Shown one piece after another: positions 26,065-34,103 of a stretch of 48,903 nt of DNA. Below the pieces are notes generated by a model that was not told where the DNA came from, ran no database searches, and worked only from the letters and a program-made list of their open reading frames with translations. The stretch lies in NCBI GenBank assembly GCA_045635845.1, contig JAZTWL010000206.1:1-48903 (forward strand), read 5' to 3'. Source of the stretch: Candidatus Scatosoma sp. (GTDB lineage Bacteria > Bacillota > Clostridia > Christensenellales > Borkfalkiaceae). The position numbers and the translations under genes are program-made. The first letter of the stretch is position 1. Each line of letters begins with the position of its first letter.

Positions 26065-26755
26065 ATAAAGGATTTTTGCGTTCCTTGCCTTGTCCGCGCG
26101 GGTATTTCGGGGGAGTAGGCTTTACCTTTTCCACCACGGCAAGCACGCGATCGCCGTACCCTTCGGGAAGGGAATATTCAATCACGTCCGTTAGTTTCCC
26201 GCCAAGCGTTTTGTAGGCGGTTTCCGCTTCGTGAATCTCCGTCGTGTCCCCGCTCTTGTAAGCAACGAATTTACCGCCCTTTTTCACGAAAGGTAAGCAG
26301 TACTCGGAAAGGGTGTTCATTCTCGCCACCGCACGCGCCGTCACAATATCATATTTTTCGCGGAATTTACCATCCCTTGCGCCGTCTTCTGCGCGAATAT
26401 TATAAATATTCACGTTTTTGAGCCCAAACTTGTCCACAACCGCGCGTAAAAATTCGCATTTTTTTCCAACGCTTTCAAATAAATCAAAGGAAAGATCGTC
26501 GCGAAGGAGCTTTAATACCATGGAAGGGAAGCCTGCACCCGAACCGATTTCGGCTACCCGCGCCCCTTTTTCAAATAAATCCATACCTGCCGCGCTATCC
26601 AAGAAATGCTTGAAATAGACATCTTTTTCTTCCAAAATCGTCGTTAAATTATACTTTTGGTTGTATTCCAAGAGCATTTCGCGGAAAATTTCTAATTTTT
26701 CCTTGTTTTTTACTATTTCGTTTTCGTAGATTTCTTCACAAATTCTAATCTTCAT
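26063..26755 (-). CDS. rsmG: 16S rRNA (guanine527-N7)-methyltransferase RsmG
   Basis: Starts at MKIRICEEIY. SAM motif VAEIGSGAGFPS. The track ORF extension to 27052 runs through the DnaA-box cluster and is rejected. Confidence 0.9.
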   Translation of the reverse strand: MKIRICEEIYENEIVKNKEKLEIFREMLLEYNQKYNLTTILEEKDVYFKHFLDSAAGMDLFEKGARVAEIGSGAGFPSMVLKLLRDDLSFDLFESVGKKCEFLRAVVDKFGLKNVNIYNIRAEDGARDGKFREKYDIVTARAVARMNTLSEYCLPFVKKGGKFVAYKSGDTTEIHEAETAYKTLGGKLTDVIEYSLPEGYGDRVLAVVEKVKPTPPKYPRGQGKERKNPL

Positions 26756-26796
26756 AGTGTCACTATTATAGCACGATTCGAAAAGAAAAGCAACTT

Positions 26797-27061
26797 TTTT
26801 CCACAAGTTGGTGTATAAAGTTGTCCACAGGTTGATAACTTTTGTGGATAACCGTTTATTTTGTATAATTATACACTCTTTGTTTTTATTTATGTATTTG
26901 CTATTTTTAGGGGGTTGGGAATAACTTCCACAATTCCACAAATCTTCCACAAAGTTATCCACACTGTAAACATGGGTTGTCCACAGCTTGGTAAAGTCTA
27001 TTTTTACTAGGAATATAAAGGGTTTGCGGGAACGAAAAATTGGGTTATCCACCTTTCCACA
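26797..27061. other. oriC-type DnaA-box cluster 1
   Basis: Perfect boxes TGTGGATAA (26843-26851) and TTATCCACA (26955-26963). One-mismatch boxes at 26797, 26821, 26977 and 27045, plus several TTCCACA-type weak boxes. An AT-rich tract lies at 26856-26910. Confidence 0.8.
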
Positions 27062-27105
27062 CGCCCTACTACTAATACTACTTTTTTAATTTAATAAATA
27101 ACAAG
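27062..27105. other. origin unwinding module: GC cluster, DnaA-trio-like CTA repeats, AT-rich DUE
   Basis: CGCC (27062-27065), then CTA CTA CTA ATA CTA CTT (27066-27083), then TTTTTTAATTTAATAAATAACAA. It lies immediately after the boxes TTATCCACC/TTTCCACA. The box, GC cluster, trio, DUE order matches the described basal unwinding system. Confidence 0.7.
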
Positions 27106-27169
27106 ACAGGAATCGGGAGTGGGTGAAGGAATTTTTTGGACTTTGGACAAAAAATATGGCAGTCCGCGC

Positions 27170-27197
27170 TTGACAAAACGCAAAGCTGTGCTATAAT
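27170..27197 (+). promoter_or_regulatory. sigma-A type promoter (TTGACA-16-TGc-TATAAT)
   Basis: TTGACA at 27170-27175 and TATAAT at 27192-27197, upstream of the SLOG gene. Confidence 0.6.
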
Positions 27198-27252
27198 AGG
27201 ACGTACGGAATTTCTTATAAATAAGAAAGCGCCAAAAAAAAGGAGGACGGGT

Positions 27253-27741
27253 ATGGAACAACTGACGATCACCTATCACAACGCAATAAAATCCTGCGCG
27301 TTCACCGGGCATAGGACGCTTGAGAAGGATTTTTCCCCGAAATTACTCAAAAAATACGTGCTTGCACTCATAAGTGACGGCGTGGACGTTTTTTATAGCG
27401 GTATGGCGCTCGGGTTTGATTTGATTGCGGCGGAAACGGTGCTTTCCTGCAAGAAAAAATTTCCAAATATTCGTTTGATCGCTTGTATTCCCCACTACGG
27501 ACAAGAAGCGCGCTATTCGGAAAAAGACAAGGCTCGCTATGCAAAGATTTTGAAAAAAGCGGACGAGCAGGTGTTGCTATCCGAAGAATTTACGAAAAAT
27601 TGCTACATGGATAGAAACCGCTATATGGCGGATCGGGCGGACGTGCTTGTGGCGTATTTGAAACAGAAGACGGGCGGCACGGCTTACACGGTAAAGTATT
27701 TCCAAAAAAAGAAACCCTTAAACCGTGTTGTTTTCGTATAA
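27253..27741 (+). CDS. SLOG-family DUF1273 (YpsA-like) protein
   Basis: CAFTGHR...VDVFYSGMALGFDLIAAE...IRLIACIPHYGQEARYSEKDKARY...YMDRNRYMADRADVLVAY...GGTAYT. AAGGAGG RBS at ATG 27253. Confidence 0.8.
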   Translation: MEQLTITYHNAIKSCAFTGHRTLEKDFSPKLLKKYVLALISDGVDVFYSGMALGFDLIAAETVLSCKKKFPNIRLIACIPHYGQEARYSEKDKARYAKILKKADEQVLLSEEFTKNCYMDRNRYMADRADVLVAYLKQKTGGTAYTVKYFQKKKPLNRVVFV

Positions 27742-27801
27742 AAAAGGTTGTGAAAAAAATAAAAAAATCCCTTAATTCAAAGGTTTTGCGCTCGTTTTTG
27801 C

Positions 27802-27830
27802 TTGCAAAAAAAAACGGCGTATGGTACAAT
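27802..27830 (+). promoter_or_regulatory. sigma-A type promoter for dnaN (TTGCAA-17-TGg-TACAAT)
   Basis: TTGCAA at 27802-27807 and TACAAT at 27825-27830. Confidence 0.55.
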
Positions 27831-27887
27831 GGATAGGAAACTAAACGGTTTTTCAATTTATTGAAAAAGCAAGGAGAGAAAAAGACT

Positions 27888-28997
27888 ATGAAATTTATTT
27901 GCGACGGTATGATTTTGGCGGATGCTTCTTTGACGGTAAGCAAGGCTTGCGCTGTTAGAACGACCACTCCTATTTTGGAATGCATCAAATTGAAAGCGGA
28001 AAACGACGGTCTTACGCTCACGGCGTACGACGGCGAAATTTCCATTGAAAAGAAGATTTTGGCGGACGTTTTGGAAGAAGGCGAACTTTGCGTTGCCGGC
28101 AAGACGTTTGCGGATTTCGTGAACAAAATTTCCGCATTCGAAGTGACGATTGCATCGGATGAAGCGGGTATCTTTATCCGTTATACGGATAGCGAAACGT
28201 ATATGCAAACCCTTTCCGCGGAAGATTACCCCAAATTCAACGTTTCGGATAATGCGGACAAGGACTACTTCACGATGAAGGAAAACGTACTTAAGGATAT
28301 CATTTCCAAGATCGTATTCTGCTGTGCGACGGATGAATCCCGTCCCATCTTGAAAGGCGCGCTTTTGGAAACGAAGAGCGGCAAACTCAACGTAGTTGCT
28401 TTGGATGGCGTGAGAATGGCTTGCGCGACCTGCGATATTGAAGAAAGCAGCGTGGATATGAAGATCGTATGCCCCGCAAGAACGCTTACGGAAATTTCCC
28501 GTATGCTTGACGGCGAAAACGACATTAAAATTTACGCGAGCAAGAATATGCTTTCCGTAGAAGTGCAAAACACGGTAATCAATTCCCGTTTGTACGCAGG
28601 CGAATTCGTAAAGAAGGAAAATATTTTCCCGATCGACTTCACGACGAAAGTGATTTTGAATAGAGCGGACGTGATCGAAAGTTTGGAACGTGCTTCCGTC
28701 ATGATTAGAACGGATAAAAATAATCTCGTATTGCTTGATATCAAACCCGGCAAGATCGTACTCACGGCAAACTCGGGTATGGGCAAGGTAGAAGAAACGA
28801 TTTCCGCGGAGCTTGACGGTAAGGAATTGAAGATTGCTATGAACGGTAAATTCTTGCTTGACGCAGTGAAAGCGCTCGAAGAAGAACAAGTGATTGCATC
28901 CTTCAATACGTCCGTTTCCCCCTTCACGCTTGAAAACATGGAGGACAAGGCTTGTCAATATTTGATTTTGCCTATGAGAACGAGAGCGGTAGAGTAA
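27888..28997 (+). CDS. dnaN: DNA polymerase III beta sliding clamp
   Basis: MKFICDGMILADASLTVSKA...PILECIKLKAENDGLTLTAYDGEISIE, with three-domain clamp length. AAGGAGAG RBS. Confidence 0.96.
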   Translation: MKFICDGMILADASLTVSKACAVRTTTPILECIKLKAENDGLTLTAYDGEISIEKKILADVLEEGELCVAGKTFADFVNKISAFEVTIASDEAGIFIRYTDSETYMQTLSAEDYPKFNVSDNADKDYFTMKENVLKDIISKIVFCCATDESRPILKGALLETKSGKLNVVALDGVRMACATCDIEESSVDMKIVCPARTLTEISRMLDGENDIKIYASKNMLSVEVQNTVINSRLYAGEFVKKENIFPIDFTTKVILNRADVIESLERASVMIRTDKNNLVLLDIKPGKIVLTANSGMGKVEETISAELDGKELKIAMNGKFLLDAVKALEEEQVIASFNTSVSPFTLENMEDKACQYLILPMRTRAVE

Positions 28998-29060
28998 GAA
29001 AAAAAACGCCAAAAAAGGGATAAAAACGCGTGGTAAACGAGAAAAACGGCGTGAAAACGC

Positions 29061-29090
29061 TTGACGGACTTCGTCGCTATGCGGTATAAT
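29061..29090 (+). promoter_or_regulatory. sigma-A type promoter for rpmH (TTGACG-18-TATAAT)
   Basis: TTGACG at 29061-29066 and TATAAT at 29085-29090. Confidence 0.6.
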
Positions 29091-29169
29091 ATGAAAGTTG
29101 TCCGCGCTGAAAGCGTGGCGGCGCATAAATAACGAAAAAAAAGATAAAAAACCATATAGGAGAAAAATC

Positions 29170-29304
29170 ATGAAAAGAACCTATCAACCCAAAAAGAGAC
29201 AAAGAAGCAAAGTACACGGTTTCCGTAAGAGAATGGCAACGACGGCTGGCAGAAAGGTGCTTAAGAGACGTAGAGCAAAAGGCCGTAAGAGACTTACGCA
29301 CTAA
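29170..29304 (+). CDS. rpmH: 50S ribosomal protein L34
   Basis: [44 protein letters not shown]. Confidence 0.97.
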   Translation: MKRTYQPKKRQRSKVHGFRKRMATTAGRKVLKRRRAKGRKRLTH

Positions 29305-29413
29305 TTAACTGAAAATAAAAAGTACAAATTCCTTTCCTTGGCATCAAGGAGAGGATTTGCCATTTTTTTATGACCGTAGGGATTTTGGAAACAAAAGCTC
29401 TCAAAGAGAAAAA

Positions 29414-29731
29414 ATGAAGTATTTAAGATTAAAAAAACAAGCGGATTTTCAAAGACTTTTCAAAAACGGAAAGCGCGCGTTTACCCCTTCTTTGACCGTA
29501 ATCTACCGTCCATCCGATAAGATGCGAATGGGAATTTCTATCGGGAAGAAGCATGGCAAAAGCGTGCAGAGAAACCGTATCAAAAGATTGATCCGAGAAG
29601 CCTTCCGTTTGACACAAGGAGAAATGAAGGGCGCGTATTCCTTCTTGCTCATTCCAAAGGTGAGCGAAGAATACTCTTTCAAAACCTTTCAATCGCAACT
29701 TCAATGGATGATTCGAAAAGAGAAGCTGTAA
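29414..29731 (+). CDS. rnpA: ribonuclease P protein component
   Basis: MKYLRLKKQADFQRLFKNGKR...GKKHGKSVQRNRIKRLIREAFR. Confidence 0.9.
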   Translation: MKYLRLKKQADFQRLFKNGKRAFTPSLTVIYRPSDKMRMGISIGKKHGKSVQRNRIKRLIREAFRLTQGEMKGAYSFLLIPKVSEEYSFKTFQSQLQWMIRKEKL

Positions 29732-29757
29732 GCGGATATTTCGCGGGGCTTTGCCGC

Positions 29758-30030
29758 GTGAATTTTAAGTATCTTCGCAAGATTATTTTTAAGCCGTACT
29801 TGAAAATAATTTGTATGCGAATGATCCGCTTTTATCAAAAGTATATTTCCAAAAATACTTGCAAATACGTTCCTTCTTGTTCGCAGTACACGATGGAATG
29901 TATCAATAATAAAGGGGTAATTCTAGGCATTTTGCTTGGCGCTTGGCGCATTTTACGGTGCAATCCTTTATCCAAAGGCGGGTACGATCCCGCGCCTTTG
30001 CCCTATTTCAAAAAAAGATGGCTTTTGTGA
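29758..30030 (+). CDS. yidD: membrane protein insertion efficiency factor YidD
   Basis: IRFYQKYIS...CKYVPSCSQYTMECI...LGAWRILRCNPLSKGGYDP. The start is ambiguous: GTG 29758 or ATG 29815. Confidence 0.85.
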   Translation: MNFKYLRKIIFKPYLKIICMRMIRFYQKYISKNTCKYVPSCSQYTMECINNKGVILGILLGAWRILRCNPLSKGGYDPAPLPYFKKRWLL

Positions 30031-30087
30031 TTTGACAAAGATAATAACCGCGTGAAAAACGCAAAAAATATAGTTTAGGAAAGTGGC

Positions 30088-31635
30088 GTGCGAGTTCTCG
30101 TGCGCTCAATTGAAAAAATGGGAAGTTTAAATATTCAAGACGTCTTTCTTCCCCTTTACGGGCAAACGTTTGACGTTTCATTGAACTGGATAGGCAACTT
30201 AATTCGCATACTCATTAGCGGAGTAGGCGTAGTTGGTGTGGGCGTTATTCTGTTCTCTTTGATTTTGAAGGGTATTACCCTTCCCCTTGATATTTATCAA
30301 AGAGTTTCCATGCGTAAACAAAACAACCGCATGAAAGAAAACAAAGACAGAATGGAAAAATTAAAGAAGCAATACGCGAACGACGAAAAGCTCTATAACC
30401 AAAAGGTTATGGAAATGCAACGCGAAGGCGGTTTTTCCGTGCTCTCCGCGTGCTTGCCTATGATCGTTTCGTTGATTATCTTTATCGTTGCGATTAACGC
30501 ATTTAACGCATACGCACAGTATTCCAACGTAAAAAATTATAACACGCTCGTGAACGCGTATAACGAACAATTCTACGAATACACGCCTGAATTCACGGAA
30601 GATACTTTCGAAATTACCAAACAAGAAACGAAGTATGATGCAGACAACGTCGTAGAAGAAATCACGGTAGAATTCAAGGTTTCCGACGACGTTGCGGATA
30701 ACTATATCTACTACACGGGCTCGTACACGGTAGAAAAAGAAGACGTTGCAAAATATGAAGCTTTAATGAGCGACGCTGAAACGGCTTTTGAAACGCAAAA
30801 ATCGTACGTAGAGCTTGCAAGAAAAATGTACTTTGCGGACGTAGAAAAAATCAAAAACTGCACGGATTCGGAAATGATCGCGCAAATTAACGCGCATTAC
30901 GACGAGCTTGCAAATGCGGATTTGACGAACGACGCTAAAATGGAAAATGCAATCCGTAACTATTTCCGTGCGCAAGCGCAAAAGGCCGTAAAAGTAGCGT
31001 ACCAAACGAAGGTTTCCAAGGATACGAAGTTCCTTTGGATTAAGAATATTTGGTCGGTTGACGCAAGCTATAAGCACCCCGTATTAAGTTATTCCGCTTT
31101 CAAATCCGAAGCAAAGCAAGAAAAGTTTAAGGTGGAAGGTGAAGGCAAGGTTTCCTACGGGAATATCGATACCTACACCGACGCATACAAGGAAGAAGCG
31201 TATAACGATATCACGAAAGAATTATCCACGTATAAGAAGCAACCGAACGGTTATTTTATCATGATCGCCCTTTCGATCGGTACGATTTTGCTTCAACAAG
31301 TGGTGATGCAACATTCGCAAAAGGAACAACAAAAATACCAAACGGTGGACGGTCAAGGTAAGGGCCAAGGCAAAATGATGATGATCATTATGACGGGTAT
31401 GTTCGCGATCTTCTCGTTCATGTACAGCTCGGCATTCTCGATCTACATGATCACGAGCAACTTGTTCTCCATGATATCGACTTTGGTAATCAATTTCTTC
31501 GTAGATAGAAGCGCATCGAAGAAGGAAGCGCTTGCAACGGAAAAGCGTTTTGCAAACACGGCGATCGATAGAGTAGAAAAGGCAAAACAAGCAGGTATTG
31601 CATCTGCGGATAAGAAACGTAATAAGAATAAATAA
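30088..31635 (+). CDS. yidC: YidC/Oxa1-family membrane insertase with a large internal insertion
   Basis: Conserved TM1 with KGITLPLDIYQRVSMRK, coiled coil, GGFSVLSACLPMIVSLIIF, and the C-terminal TM bundle MMIIMTGMFAIFSFMYSSAFSIYMITSNLFSMIST. About 240 extra residues lie between TM2 and TM3. The GTG 30088 start has an AGGAAAG SD; ATG 30118 is an alternative. Confidence 0.8.
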   Translation: MRVLVRSIEKMGSLNIQDVFLPLYGQTFDVSLNWIGNLIRILISGVGVVGVGVILFSLILKGITLPLDIYQRVSMRKQNNRMKENKDRMEKLKKQYANDEKLYNQKVMEMQREGGFSVLSACLPMIVSLIIFIVAINAFNAYAQYSNVKNYNTLVNAYNEQFYEYTPEFTEDTFEITKQETKYDADNVVEEITVEFKVSDDVADNYIYYTGSYTVEKEDVAKYEALMSDAETAFETQKSYVELARKMYFADVEKIKNCTDSEMIAQINAHYDELANADLTNDAKMENAIRNYFRAQAQKAVKVAYQTKVSKDTKFLWIKNIWSVDASYKHPVLSYSAFKSEAKQEKFKVEGEGKVSYGNIDTYTDAYKEEAYNDITKELSTYKKQPNGYFIMIALSIGTILLQQVVMQHSQKEQQKYQTVDGQGKGQGKMMMIIMTGMFAIFSFMYSSAFSIYMITSNLFSMISTLVINFFVDRSASKKEALATEKRFANTAIDRVEKAKQAGIASADKKRNKNK

Positions 31636-31679
31636 GAGAGAATTGCGCCACGCGTAGGCGCGGACGTAGGAGTAAAATA

Positions 31680-32615
31680 ATGAATTACACGGAATTTACG
31701 GGAAAGACGGTGGCGGAAGCCATTGAAAAGGGCTTGAAAGAGCTTGGAATCACCGAAGAACAAGCGGATATCCGCGTTTTGGAAGAAGGCAAGAAAAAGC
31801 TTTTCGGTTCGGTGAAAGCGCGCGTTGAAATCGCTGCAAAATGCGAAGAATGCGCAAAGGAAGAATGCGTAGAAGAAAAGTGCTGCCCCGCTGTTTGCTG
31901 CAACGGTACGGACGGCGAAAGAACGGTGGCGTTCTTGGAAGGTTTGTTCGAGCTCTTGAATATCAAGGCTTGCACGGAGCTTGTTTCGGAAGGCGAAAAG
32001 ATTGAAATCAACGTGACGACGGCAAATACGACGTCGGTTATCGGTAAAAAAGGCGCAACGCTTGATGCAATTCAAACGCTTGCAAGCGCTGTTGGCAACA
32101 CGGGCAGAGACGATTACAAGCGCGTAGTGGTTGACTGCGACAACTATCGTGAAAGCCGTGAAAACACGTTGAACAAGCTTGCGGAAAACTTGGCGCAAAA
32201 AGCAATTCGTATGGGCAAGAAGATTATGCTTGAACCCATGAATCCTTACGAAAGAAGAATTATTCACGCGGCTCTTTCCGAAAGAGAAGGTATTTCCACG
32301 GAAAGCGAAGGCAAAGAACCGAACCGCTATTTCGTGATTATTCCCGATAATTTGGAAGATCCCGATGCACCCGCAATTCCTGCAAGAAACGATCGTGAAC
32401 GTCGCGGCGGTAGAAACGATAGATCGCACGGCCGTGGCGGCAAGGGCGGTTTTAACCGCGGTAGCAACGGCAAACGCGGTGGTTTCGGCGGTAAAAAGCC
32501 TTACAACCGTGATAGAAAGCCCGCAACCGGCGCAACCGGTGGCACGTCCTTGAAGACGTCGAATGATTTCTTCGGTATCTTCCTTGGCAACAGCGGAAAT
32601 AACAGCGAAGAATAA
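31680..32615 (+). CDS. khpB: RNA-binding protein Jag/KhpB (Jag_N, KH, R3H) with a Cys-rich insert and an RGG-rich tail
   Basis: N-terminus MNYTEFTGKTVAEAIEKGLKELGI. KH IGKKGATLDAIQ. R3H MNPYERRIIHAAL. Confidence 0.85.
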   Translation: MNYTEFTGKTVAEAIEKGLKELGITEEQADIRVLEEGKKKLFGSVKARVEIAAKCEECAKEECVEEKCCPAVCCNGTDGERTVAFLEGLFELLNIKACTELVSEGEKIEINVTTANTTSVIGKKGATLDAIQTLASAVGNTGRDDYKRVVVDCDNYRESRENTLNKLAENLAQKAIRMGKKIMLEPMNPYERRIIHAALSEREGISTESEGKEPNRYFVIIPDNLEDPDAPAIPARNDRERRGGRNDRSHGRGGKGGFNRGSNGKRGGFGGKKPYNRDRKPATGATGGTSLKTSNDFFGIFLGNSGNNSEE

Positions 32616-32628
32616 AATTAAAAGAGTA

Positions 32629-32668
32629 ACCCCCGCTTGCGGAACACCGCAAGCGGGGGTTTTGTTTT
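32629..32668. terminator. strong bidirectional terminator between khpB and queT
   Basis: ACCCCCGCTTGCGG-AACA-CCGCAAGCGGGGGT followed by TTTTGTTTT. Confidence 0.9.
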
Positions 32669-32683
32669 ATTCAATATATACGG

Positions 32684-33211
32684 TTATTGCAAAAAGCGGA
32701 CGTTGCGCTGAATACGTTTTAACGAGAAATACGTAGGCACGCCGAGTGCGTACACCCAAACGCATTCCGTTAAGGCAAGCGAGCCAACAAAAGCGAAATA
32801 CGCCGTCCAAACACTAGAATAACCCGCGCCGCCATCACAAAGAAAGACGATAATAAAAGGGATAAAAAGCGAGTTAAAAAGTACGGGGAAAAATCCGCCA
32901 AGCCCCACTTTTAACGGCTCGTTTTTAATTTTTCTGCCTACCATGTACGTAGCGAGCGCGGCAAACAGCGTTGCAAGCGAGCCGATAAAGACGTCGTACA
33001 CAAGATAGGGCGAAGCCAAATTCGAAAGCATACACCCCACGTACAGCGCGGGCACGGCTTCTACGTAAAGTAGAGGCAAAATACAAAGCGCCTCTGCCGG
33101 TCGGATTTGAAAAGGGCCGAAGGCAAAGGGCGTGAATGCATAGGTGAACGCGACGTAAAGCGCGGCAATAATACCCGCGCGGCAAAGCCGCTTCGTAGTG
33201 ACGTTTTTCAT
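32684..33211 (-). CDS. queT: QueT-family queuosine-precursor transporter (ECF S-component-like)
   Basis: Starts at MKNVTTKRLCRAGIIAALYVAFTYAFTPFAFGPFQIRPAEAL. Five or six TM segments. The upstream part of the track ORF is leader sequence. Confidence 0.75.
   Translation of the reverse strand: MKNVTTKRLCRAGIIAALYVAFTYAFTPFAFGPFQIRPAEALCILPLLYVEAVPALYVGCMLSNLASPYLVYDVFIGSLATLFAALATYMVGRKIKNEPLKVGLGGFFPVLFNSLFIPFIIVFLCDGGAGYSSVWTAYFAFVGSLALTECVWVYALGVPTYFSLKRIQRNVRFLQ
32936..32949 (+). repeat. dispersed repeat, partial core only (copy L), antisense inside queT
   Basis: GCCTACCATGTACG, a 14-mer identical to copy D. Confidence 0.35.
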
Positions 33212-33318
33212 AAAATTGTACCTCGGTTTTTTTATTTGCCGACTTTCTCGGCATGGGAAGTGTTTTCCGAAAACCTTCCAACGGAGTATAGTATAGCACT
33301 TTCGGCGGGGTTTGTCAA
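33212..33318 (-). promoter_or_regulatory. queT promoter (TTGACA-17-TATACT) and ~70-nt structured leader; candidate preQ1-type riboswitch, class not verifiable
   Basis: Reverse strand has TTGACA (33313-33318) and TATACT (33290-33295). The leader contains GGAAGGTTTTC/GAAAACACTTCC and GCCGA-GAAAG-TCGGC hairpins, then AAATAAAAAAACCGAGG (an A-rich tail running into the SD). Confidence 0.3.
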
Positions 33319-33323
33319 TGCTT

Positions 33324-33980
33324 TTACGCGCCCTGTCGCTTTTTTGAGCAACGTTCCCAAAGCAGGGCGGCAATTCCGTCCGAAAGGATTTCCGCCATGG
33401 TATAGACCAAATTTAGACGGGTGCTATTCAAGAGTCCGTAATTCGCCACTGATTTTTCCGCCACGATCCCGAGCGCGGAAACGTCCCCGAGCGCACCGAG
33501 TTTTTTTTGCGCACCTGCGCCCGGTTTTAGCGGGGAATCGGAAAGCTTTATCAAGCCGATATCCCCTTCTTCCCCAACGGCGGCGTCCACGGTGAGCACT
33601 TGACTTTCGGTGTGGGTATCCCGCAAAAGCGCGCGCACGTACTTAATCTCTTTGGCGGTGACGGGGGATGCGAGTGTGCCGTAGATAAAAACGTTCAAGC
33701 CCTGCGTTTTATAGCGGAGCATAGAGCCGGTGATCGGCCCAAGACTATCCCCGATCACGAGATCACTACCCACACAAACAATCACGGGTGGAGCGTCGAA
33801 AAGAGGGTGATTTTGCGGTGAACTCGTACATGCCCCCTTCATTTTTTGTGTTTTGCGGTAAAAATCGCGTTTTAAGAGTCGGTCAAGAGATAGAGAAACG
33901 CCGTCGGCGGCGAGTTTATTAAAGACGTGAAAAGCATAATCCATAGTGGGATAAGTATTGCCGAAAGGGGCGTTTTTCAA
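33324..33980 (-). CDS. yyaC: spore protease YyaC (DUF1256, GPR/HybD-like)
   Basis: VIVCVGSDLVIGDSLGPITG...VLTVDAAVGEEGDIGLIKLSDSPLKPGAG. The start is uncertain: TTG 33980, ATG 33944, or the ATG inside repeat copy M. Confidence 0.8.
   Translation of the reverse strand: MKNAPFGNTYPTMDYAFHVFNKLAADGVSLSLDRLLKRDFYRKTQKMKGACTSSPQNHPLFDAPPVIVCVGSDLVIGDSLGPITGSMLRYKTQGLNVFIYGTLASPVTAKEIKYVRALLRDTHTESQVLTVDAAVGEEGDIGLIKLSDSPLKPGAGAQKKLGALGDVSALGIVAEKSVANYGLLNSTRLNLVYTMAEILSDGIAALLWERCSKKRQGA
33819..33845 (-). repeat. dispersed repeat, copy M (type 2), inside the yyaC 5' region
   Basis: Top strand TGAACTCGTACATGCCCCCTTCATTTT, translated as KMKGACTSS. Confidence 0.65.
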
Positions 33981-34103
33981 ACCTTTTTGAAGAATTTTCT
34001 AAAAGTTCGGGCTTACCCCTTGAAAAATGGGGAAAAGTGTGCTATACTATAACGGCGTTTAGGAAGAAGAAAAATAGGAATAATCAATAAAAGGGGGAAG
34101 AAT

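Noticed and set aside
26756-27052. N-terminal 99-codon extension of the rsmG ORF
   Set aside because: The extension is made of DnaA boxes and AT-rich origin sequence. The internal start MKIRICEE gives a normal-length RsmG.
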